The notes under the pieces: generated by a model
Databases searched by the model: none
What the model was told of the DNA's origin: nothing
The model's input: the letters and a program-made list of their open reading frames with translations, nothing else
NCBI GenBank assembly: GCA_019056805.1
Contig: DXJG01000016.1
Span: 1-5,901 of the forward strand
Direction of reading: 5' to 3'
Length of the DNA stretch: 5,901 nucleotides
Source: Candidatus Baldrarchaeota archaeon
Lineage (GTDB): Archaea > Asgardarchaeota > Baldrarchaeia > Baldrarchaeales > DXJG01
Part shown: piece after piece, positions 1 through 5,901 of the stretch
Layout: each line of letters starts with the position of its first letter
Position numbering within the stretch: position 1 is the first letter of the stretch
Position numbers and translations under genes: made by a program

Positions 1-62
1 GTACAAGCTAGCGTAGCTGCTGCTAATAATCTCAATAAGCTCTCGCAAACTCTTCTGAGCAT
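1..62 (-). CDS. Probable 5' end of a gene running off the left edge (MLRRVCESLLRLLAAATLAC...), possibly a signal peptide or N-terminal membrane anchor; product unknown
   Basis: The minus strand reads GAGGGCGATCCC-ATG (74->60). GGCGATCC resembles the anti-SD complement GGTGATCC, with the same 4-nt spacing as GGTGA-actc-GTG at 3165. The frame is open for 20 codons to the edge: basic N-terminus (RR, AGA codons), then LLRLLAAATLAC. Same orientation as the GT4 gene. The mirror plus-strand frame (1-108) is also open, so this is ambiguous. Confidence 0.4.
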   Translation of the reverse strand, partial: MLRRVCESLLRLLAAATLAC

Positions 63-99
63 GGGATCGCCCTCTGAATTTTTCTGTGTAAATAATTTC

Positions 100-115
100 A
101 AAAAATGAAGAAAAA
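100..115 (-). terminator. Candidate archaeal-type oligo-U terminator downstream of the GT4 gene
   Basis: The minus strand reads TTTTT-CTTCA-TTTTTT about 25-40 nt after the GT4 stop at 140. No GC-rich hairpin. U-tract termination is established in archaea, but the spacer is AT-rich, so it could be chance. Confidence 0.3.
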
Positions 116-139
116 TTTAACGTCTTTTTACGATAATTT

Positions 140-1291
140 CTAAACCTCCCGATCTCCTAAAATTTCTAGTGAAGTGTCAAGATATTTTCTGGAAATGACA
201 GAGAAGGAGAGGTTTTCTGCTGCTTTCAAGTTTCTCCTCCCCATGCTTTCCTGAAGTTTTCTACTCTTGATTATCCTTTCGATCGCGAGTTTTAGAGCTT
301 CTTTATCATTAACAGGGATGAAGCTCACTGAGAACCCCTCGTCTTCTGCTGTTTCCCTTATCTCAGGTAGATCGCTCGCTACGATGGGTTTTCCGTAGCT
401 CGCTGCGAGATGGATTACCCCACTCGTCCCTGTTGCGGCTGTGTATGGCAGGACGACTACGGTAGAAGGCAGGAAAACTTTGTCCAGTTCCTCGGGAGAG
501 ATGTATCCGGTGAAGAGTATGTTCCCAGATTTCTCGTACTCCTTCCTCATCCTCTCGAGGTACCCAGGGAAATTTGGGTGGGAACTTCCTGCGACTATCA
601 GCTTTAGACTCCTATCTTTTTTACGAAGCTCTTGGAATGCTTCGATGATTAACGGTAAGTTCTTACCTCCTCTCCAGAAGCCAAAGACTAGGATGGTTTT
701 CCCGCCTACTCTCGGTTTCTTCACTTTCTTGCCCAGTGTGCCGTGTGGGATGTGGATGATGTTATTCCTATTGTACTTCCTCCTGAGCAGAGAGACGAAG
801 CTCCTCAGGGTTACGATGACTCTATCAGCGCTCAGTAAGCTTTTGGTCGCGAGGTAAGAACCGAAGAGATTCAGCTTGGACGGCTTTATTCCGAGTTTGT
901 CCAGGTCGACAGCCTCAACTATGTTGTGCAGGATCACGATCACCTTGTAGTTGAAAATTTTTCTGGAGATAAATGGGAGCAAGGCTCCAAAGAAATTTGC
1001 CACTAAATTCTTCCCCCAGCTCATCATGTGACAGTTGAAGAACACAAGGTCTGGTTTGTGTTTGATTATGTTCCTCAAGATGTTGAGGGGTAAGAGCAAA
1101 CTATCGGTTCTCCAGCATCTAACTATCATTACCTTTCCTTTTTTCTCTTTCTCCGGATGGAGGGCTTTGTTAGCTAAGATTATCAACCTTTTAATCTTCC
1201 TACTCTTCTTCAGCTCTTCGACCAGGTGGAAGGCGTACTCTGCCAGGTTCCCTTTCTCTGGTGGGTAGGAAGAAACAAAGCATACCTTCAT
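140..1291 (-). CDS. GT4-family (GT-B fold, retaining) glycosyltransferase, mannosyltransferase-like subgroup, 383 aa
   Basis: N-terminal MKVCFVSSYPPEKGNLAEY matches the S(T/S)YPP..CG(I/L)A.(Y/F) pattern of the GT4 mannosyltransferase-like subgroup. Also present: VILH, IHIPHG, ILVFGFWRGGKN...LIEAF, LIVAG..HP, FTGYISPEEL, and VVLPY...GTSGVIHLAASYGKPIVASD (the SG..A..GKP variant of the nucleotide-sugar-binding motif). ATG start with an SD-like AGGCGT 4 nt upstream; TAG stop. Confidence 0.93.
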   Translation of the reverse strand: MKVCFVSSYPPEKGNLAEYAFHLVEELKKSRKIKRLIILANKALHPEKEKKGKVMIVRCWRTDSLLLPLNILRNIIKHKPDLVFFNCHMMSWGKNLVANFFGALLPFISRKIFNYKVIVILHNIVEAVDLDKLGIKPSKLNLFGSYLATKSLLSADRVIVTLRSFVSLLRRKYNRNNIIHIPHGTLGKKVKKPRVGGKTILVFGFWRGGKNLPLIIEAFQELRKKDRSLKLIVAGSSHPNFPGYLERMRKEYEKSGNILFTGYISPEELDKVFLPSTVVVLPYTAATGTSGVIHLAASYGKPIVASDLPEIRETAEDEGFSVSFIPVNDKEALKLAIERIIKSRKLQESMGRRNLKAAENLSFSVISRKYLDTSLEILGDREV

Positions 1292-1404
1292 TCGGACGCC
1301 TTTAACTCATATTTGATTCTATAAGCTTAATAGTAAGACATCTTCAAGCCAAATCTTGATATATTCTGGCTGCAGAAAATAAATAATTGAAGGAGAGAAT
1401 AATT
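1292..1404. promoter_or_regulatory. Divergent intergenic/promoter region between the GT4 gene and the membrane-protein pair
   Basis: Head-to-head gene arrangement with an AT-rich spacer. TATA-like CTTATA on the minus strand at 1325-1320, about 30 nt upstream of the GT4 ATG. A/T-rich TTGATATATT and AAATAAATAA on the plus strand. SD-like AGGAGA (1391-1396) before ATG 1405 and GAGGGG (1411-1416) before ATG 1426. Confidence 0.45.
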
Positions 1405-3105
1405 ATGTTAGAGGGGTTTTCACAGATGAAAGTGAAAGAAATTTTGGAGCATATAATCATAATAGAGATTTATACTTTGCTCACAATTCTTGCTTTTCGT
1501 AAATTGTTTATTTTAGGTATAGACAAATGGATTATCGGAGATCATGGGGATGCTTGGCAATTTATTTGGAACTTCTGGTGGGTTAAGAAGGCTATTCTGG
1601 AAAGGAGGAACATCTTCTACACCGATTACCTATTTTACCCGCATGGAACGCATCTTTACTTCCACACTCTAAACTTGGCCGGGATTTTCATGGTATTTCC
1701 TCTCCTATTCCTCATAGAAAATTTAATTCTCGTCTATAACATTGCTGTTTTGCTAACTTTCATTCTTTCAGGTTATTTCATGTATCTCTTCCTACATTAT
1801 TTTCTTGGAGGAGATAAGAAAAGGAAAAGAATTGATTGGACAAAAGAGATCATATGCTTTCTGGGGGGATGTATGTATGCATTTTCTCCCTATGTTGTTT
1901 TGAAGGCATTGGGTTATTTCAATCTACTCTCAGTTCAGTGGTTCCCTTTAGTCCTGCTTTTTACTTTTAAAATTCTAAACGAAAAGTCGTTCAAGAATAC
2001 ATTCATTTTATCAGTTCTGTTGGTAATCTTATTCTTCGCAGATTTCCACTATTTCTACTACTATTTCATATTCGCTGGTTTCTATCTCCTTTTCTCAGTT
2101 ACAAAGATAAAACCAGAGGGATTTTTAAATTTTGCTCTTGCGATTCTCGCTTCATCTCTAGTTCTGTTTTTAGTTTACTCTCCAGCATTTTCTATGTACA
2201 AAGCGAATAGGTCAGGATATGTGAGAGATTATTTTCAAACAATAACTGCTTATAATTACTTCTTAGCTAGTCCATTTACAATGGTTTATAAAATCTTTCC
2301 GAGGGATTTGCTTTCGCTTTATTTTCTTTCTGAAAACTATAACATGTTGATCGATTCCATCGTGTATTATGGGATAGGATATTTAACTCTATTGGCAGCA
2401 TCAGTTTTCATCCAAAGGAATAAACTGCACAAAGTAGGTTTTCTTTTAGCATTACTAGTTTTTTCATCAATGATAGCTCTGGGAAATTCCACCCCAGTTT
2501 CGTTAAAGATGAATGATCTATTAAGAGGAATTCTACCCTTTTTCGATTTGTTGCCAGTACCCGCGAGACACAGCTTTCTTGGACTGCTATCTTTAGTGCT
2601 TCTTACATCTTTCTTCGCTTACAACTTTGTCATTAAATTAAAGGGGAGGGTTTTCTTTCTGTTTCTTCTGACGTTGATCTTTATGATAGAGTACTTCCCA
2701 TTGAATTATTCTTCGTATTACCATGTCGATACACCGCGGGCCATTGACGAATTAGCAACGTCCAACGAAAATGTTTCCATATTAAACATACCACACATGG
2801 GAAACACTCAAGGCATGTACTTCCAGACCATACATGGGAAGAAAATTCTTGATGGTTTCGTTTCTCGACATGACCCTAAATCTGCTATAATTCTCAATAA
2901 ACTGTACGAAGCAATAAACGAATGTAATAAATGGCAAATTAAAAAAATTTTTGAAGAACTAAAAACTAGATACATAATTGTGAATCACAATTATGGAGAA
3001 GATTATAACTTTTCCTTAAATAAAGTTTTTAAGTGCTTACAAAACTGGGAACTTAAAGAAACTATCCAGAATACCAAAATATTTGAATTATTTATACCTG
3101 ACTAA
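1387..3105 (+). CDS. Polytopic membrane protein, GT-C-like/YfhO-like putative lipid-linked-sugar glycosyltransferase with a C-terminal soluble (probably extracellular) domain; true start probably ATG 1405 or 1426
   Basis: 572-aa ORF from TTG with roughly a dozen hydrophobic segments. After TM1 comes a loop GDHGDAWQFIWNFWW...FYTDYLFYPHGTHLYFHT, followed by YN..VLL.F.LSG..MY, AFSPY, GYFNLLSVQWFP, PARH, IEYFP, ILNIP and MYFQTIHGKKILDGFVSR. I recognise this motif series from uncharacterised YfhO/GT-C-like membrane proteins. The activity is inferred. Confidence 0.75.
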   Translation: MKERIIMLEGFSQMKVKEILEHIIIIEIYTLLTILAFRKLFILGIDKWIIGDHGDAWQFIWNFWWVKKAILERRNIFYTDYLFYPHGTHLYFHTLNLAGIFMVFPLLFLIENLILVYNIAVLLTFILSGYFMYLFLHYFLGGDKKRKRIDWTKEIICFLGGCMYAFSPYVVLKALGYFNLLSVQWFPLVLLFTFKILNEKSFKNTFILSVLLVILFFADFHYFYYYFIFAGFYLLFSVTKIKPEGFLNFALAILASSLVLFLVYSPAFSMYKANRSGYVRDYFQTITAYNYFLASPFTMVYKIFPRDLLSLYFLSENYNMLIDSIVYYGIGYLTLLAASVFIQRNKLHKVGFLLALLVFSSMIALGNSTPVSLKMNDLLRGILPFFDLLPVPARHSFLGLLSLVLLTSFFAYNFVIKLKGRVFFLFLLTLIFMIEYFPLNYSSYYHVDTPRAIDELATSNENVSILNIPHMGNTQGMYFQTIHGKKILDGFVSRHDPKSAIILNKLYEAINECNKWQIKKIFEELKTRYIIVNHNYGEDYNFSLNKVFKCLQNWELKETIQNTKIFELFIPD

Positions 3106-3155
3106 AAGTAGATTGATAGAAAGCGGTAAATTAAATACAAAACTAAATAAATACT

Positions 3156-3160
3156 GGTGA
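3156..3160 (+). promoter_or_regulatory. Archaeal-type Shine-Dalgarno GGTGA for the GTG start at 3165
   Basis: The sequence reads CTGGTGAACTCGTG: GGTGA sits 4 nt before the GTG. A TTAAATA box at 3131-3137 could be an internal promoter. Confidence 0.5.
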
Positions 3161-3164
3161 ACTC

Positions 3165-4867
3165 GTGAGAAGAGGAATATTACATTTTTGTCTTATAGGC
3201 TTTATTGGCTTAATTATTACTTTTATACCCTTTTTTTCACCTGTAATACATGGGCTCGATCAGAATATTATTGGCACAGGTGGGGACGCTTACCAATTTA
3301 TATGGTTGATATGGCATTTTAGGTTAATTCTAGAAGGTAAAGACTCCTTTCTTTTTACCACATACCAATTTTTCCCCTCCGGAAGAAGTTTACACTTTTT
3401 CACAACTACCCCTTCCATGTCAATTCTCGGAGCATTCATATCATTTGTTGTGGAAGAGTATATTCTAATTTATAATTTATTGGTTCTTCTAACTTTTTTT
3501 CTATCTTTTCTGTTTATGTATATACTCTCTTTTAGAATAACAAAGAGAAAATGGTTTGCAGTGCTAATTAGTATTTTCTTTTCGTACCTTCCTTGCCACT
3601 TTGCTCGTGCTAGTGGTCATTTAAATTTAGCTTCGATACATGTGTTACCTCTTATCTTCTACTTTATTCATAAGTTTTTCTTTAAAAACAAAGTAAGGAT
3701 AAGTGATATTGGCATATTATTTTTAGTGTTAAACTTTTTTTGGTATACATCATATCAGCTTTACATTTGGTTTACACTAGCGATGTTTTTGTTTTCAATC
3801 TTTTATATAATTTTAGAAAAAATGCGGACACAAAAAATGTTAATTATAAGGACATTCTTATCTTTTTTGGCCTCTTGATATCACCTATGATAATTTTTAC
3901 TATCTTATTTTTATTACCGTATACATCAGATTTTAGCATTATTGATGCTTCAAAAACAGACAAAATCAGTTATGTTAGCTTCATTGACTATTTTATACTA
4001 CCTTATTACAATCCCTCCAATATTAAGGATTTAATAGTAAGAAAATTTCACGTATTTCTCCCTCAATTTAAACCATACCTTGATAGACCCCCCTATGCAG
4101 GGGACGAGTCAACCGTTACACTAACGCCCTTTTTTTGGTTAGCCTTAGCTGTCGTTTTGATAAAATCATCTAGAACATCAACTACGAATGTAGAACTAAG
4201 TTTAATACTAACTTCTTTTATTTTATTTTTCTTGTCGACACATGAAGTGCTTCGATTAACAAATTTATATTTCCTCTTCCAACGGATCCCTTTGATGAAT
4301 AGCATTTATGTCCTTAGTAGAATTAGTATAATTGTGGACACTTTTTTAATCTTTTCGGTTATTTTTCTTTATCCAAAGATTCCTTTAAATAGCAAAAAAG
4401 TTGTTACCCTTCTTATTTTTTTGAGTATAATAGCATCATTTCCATTCAAAGGTTTCCCTTATCATAGTGTATCTAACGATGACATCGCAAAGATGAGGAA
4501 AATTTCTAAAACCTACAATGACTTCTCGGTACTAGTGTTACCACTTGAATGTTCTCAGGCTTACGGTTCCTTTCTCTCCATTTATCATAAAGGAAAAATG
4601 ATTAGTGGTTTAACACCTAGAGTTCCCCATAGCTCCTTAAAGTATCTTAGAGATATGCAAATAGCTATTTTACACCAAAATGCTAATCAAATTAAAAAGC
4701 TAGTGAGTGAGGCTAAACTTTGTTGTATTCTTATTGAAAAAAATGAAATAAAATTACCTACTTGTAATTATCTTAATAATTTGAATTCCAGAATTTTTCT
4801 TCAGTTAGAAAATTATGTAAATGAGAGTTTATCTATAACCCATTATAGACCCCTAAAAATTTTCTAA
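3165..4867 (+). pseudogene. Second GT-C/YfhO-like membrane protein, paralog of 1387-3105, split by a single frameshift (ORFs 3165-3878 and 3740-4867). It could be a true pseudogene, a recoded/phase-variable gene or a sequencing error.
   Basis: The 5' ORF matches the N-half of the upstream paralog (GDAYQFIW, QFFPSGRSLHFFT, YNLLVLLTF.LS..FMY, GHLNL....LPL). The 3' ORF matches its C-half (SRIS, ASFP, VLVLP, HKGKMISGLTPR). The span is 1703 nt; adding 1 nt gives 567 aa plus stop, versus 559-572 aa for the paralog. Both frames are open over 3707-3878. Homopolymers lie at 3817-3822 (A6), 3832-3837 (A6) and 3863-3868 (T6). Confidence 0.8.
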
Positions 4868-5901
4868 CGATCTTAGAGATTATATTGAGAAATGAGAAAC
4901 CTTCTTCCCGAGTTGGCTCGACTAAAGTAGCTTCGCCAGCCTCGTTGAAAGTATCTATCCTAATGAAGGTAGATATGTTGAGAGTATAGTCAAATAATTT
5001 TTCGAATCTTTCTACATCTCTACTAAGGGGGTAAGGAACCTCCTCTCTTAAGTTTATAAATCCGGGTAGAAGTGAAGGTATGAAAATTTTTTCATGGAAT
5101 TTACTTATCTCTAACCAGTTTTTTGTTCCTTCTTTATAATAACTTTCAAAGGAACCGAGATTTATTCCATCTATAGTATTATCACCGGTTATTGAGTAAC
5201 ACCCGACCCAGGTTGTCCACCCATCGTCAGATAATGAGGCCGACCATAGTTTAGGGTCTTCCGTTTTTTTGGGTTGGGAAGTATGATAATTAGCGATATC
5301 GGCTATTATGAACCATCCCTTTTCTTTTAACTTTTCTATAAGAATTTCTCTATTATAAACAGCAAAAGCATGATACATTACAACAACCTTTCTATCATCA
5401 ATGGATAAAAGTTTCGGCGAATAAGATGAATTAAGTATACATTCAAAATCTTTTATTAATTTTTCTGTTACTTCTTGAGTGAGATTGTAACGCCCTAACT
5501 CATCTGGAAATATCCCGTACCTTCGTAATCTACTTGGAAACTCGTAAAAAATGCCTATTTTTATAGACGTAGATAATGGATTTTGAACGAAACAAGCTAT
5601 ATTTTCATTTATTTTCCTTGTGGTCAAATCATCATCCGTGCCCCAAGAAAAAAAGAAGCAATTTATTCCATGACCAGATGCCCAATCTATATGCTTTGCT
5701 ATAACTATAGGATCTCTTACATCATATTTTCCCAGTAATGGGCGAACAGCCATTGGTTCAAGCAATTCCCAAGGATGAGGGTCTGGATATAAAGGATAAT
5801 AAGTGGCACCAATTATAATTCCCTTTTCATACAGTACCTTCCCAAGATTCTCAAACTCCCTTATATAAGGAGTCTCTATCCTCTCCACACCAACATTCCC
5901 C
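4833..5901 (-). CDS. GH99/GH71/WbsX-superfamily (beta/alpha)8 glycoside-hydrolase-like protein; probably 5'-truncated by the window edge
   Basis: GATYYPLY..W, PLLGKYDVRDPIVIAKHIDWA..HGINCFFFSW, IGIFYE, FIPSLLPGF and TFNEAGEATLVEP..EEGFSFL parallel the GH99-like motifs YY.WY, P.LG.Y.S.D..V...H...A...GI......SW, P.V.PG(F/Y) and SFNEWHEG..IEP. The frame stays open upstream of the tracked GTG at 5888 (...GNVG-VERIE) to the end of the window, so the real start may lie outside. Confidence 0.8.
   Translation of the reverse strand, partial: GNVGVERIETPYIREFENLGKVLYEKGIIIGATYYPLYPDPHPWELLEPMAVRPLLGKYDVRDPIVIAKHIDWASGHGINCFFFSWGTDDDLTTRKINENIACFVQNPLSTSIKIGIFYEFPSRLRRYGIFPDELGRYNLTQEVTEKLIKDFECILNSSYSPKLLSIDDRKVVVMYHAFAVYNREILIEKLKEKGWFIIADIANYHTSQPKKTEDPKLWSASLSDDGWTTWVGCYSITGDNTIDGINLGSFESYYKEGTKNWLEISKFHEKIFIPSLLPGFINLREEVPYPLSRDVERFEKLFDYTLNISTFIRIDTFNEAGEATLVEPTREEGFSFLNIISKIVRKFLGVYNGL

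Noticed and set aside
1-108. Plus-strand open frame VQASVAAANNLNKLSQTLLSMGSPSEFFCVNNFKK*, faintly like the coiled-coil tail of a chemoreceptor
   Set aside because: It is the mirror frame of the SD-supported minus-strand start at 62, and is too short to call. Not fully excluded.
410-857. Plus-strand ORFs 410-607 (65 aa) and 441-857 (138 aa)
   Set aside because: They lie wholly antisense to the well-supported GT4 gene, have no recognisable motifs, and have the Ser/Phe/Pro-rich composition typical of shadow ORFs.
1035-1268. Plus-strand 77-aa ORF
   Set aside because: Antisense shadow of the Lys-rich GT4 N-terminus; its Phe/Leu richness comes from the complementary AAR codons.
2791-2842. Near-repeat CCA(C/T)ACATGGGAA occurring twice about 40 nt apart
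   Set aside because: Only two copies, in different reading frames inside a coding region; not a CRISPR or tandem repeat.
2209-3020. Five N-X-S/T sequons (NRS, NST, NYS, NVS, NFS) in the loops and C-terminal domain of the first membrane protein
   Set aside because: With about 30 Asn residues, a few sequons are expected by chance; this is not evidence of N-glycosylation on its own.
3735-3741. T7 run, the longest homopolymer in the frame-overlap zone, as the frameshift site; also TTG 3740 as an independent start for a 375-aa gene
   Set aside because: The 5' frame after this run (WYTSYQLYIWFTLAMFLFSIFYII) still aligns with the paralog's FADFHYFYYYFIFAGFYLLF helix, so the switch is further downstream. 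TTG 3740 has no SD, and the ORF is just the C-terminal part of the split gene.
4093-4305. Minus-strand 70-aa ORF
   Set aside because: Antisense to the membrane-protein coding region, with no motifs or start signals.
1-5901. CRISPR arrays, tRNA/rRNA, IS elements, integrases, selenocysteine/pyrrolysine readthrough
   Set aside because: No regularly spaced repeats, cloverleaf, terminal inverted repeats or transposase motifs seen. The internal TGA at 3876 is explained by a frame change, not by readthrough.

Overview
A glycosylation locus, probably archaeal (inferred from GGTGA-type SD motifs, AGA/AGG Arg codons and U-tracts). It contains (i) a minus-strand GT4/GT-B glycosyltransferase (140-1291) and (ii) a divergently oriented tandem pair of paralogous polytopic membrane proteins with a GT-C/YfhO-like architecture. 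The first is intact (1387/1405/1426-3105). The second (3165-4867) is split by a single-base frameshift between about 3817 and 3869. It also contains (iii) a convergent minus-strand GH99/GH71/WbsX-superfamily protein whose frame is open to the right edge of the window (4833->5901), and (iv) probably the start of another minus-strand gene at the left edge (62->1). The DNA right of about 1300 is more AT-rich than the GT4 gene. I see no rRNA, tRNA, CRISPR array or mobile element. The points worth following up are the frameshifted paralog, the GH99-like protein that keeps both catalytic-type glutamates in an altered motif, and the possible glycan build-and-trim module. All family calls come from motif recognition by eye, not from database searches.
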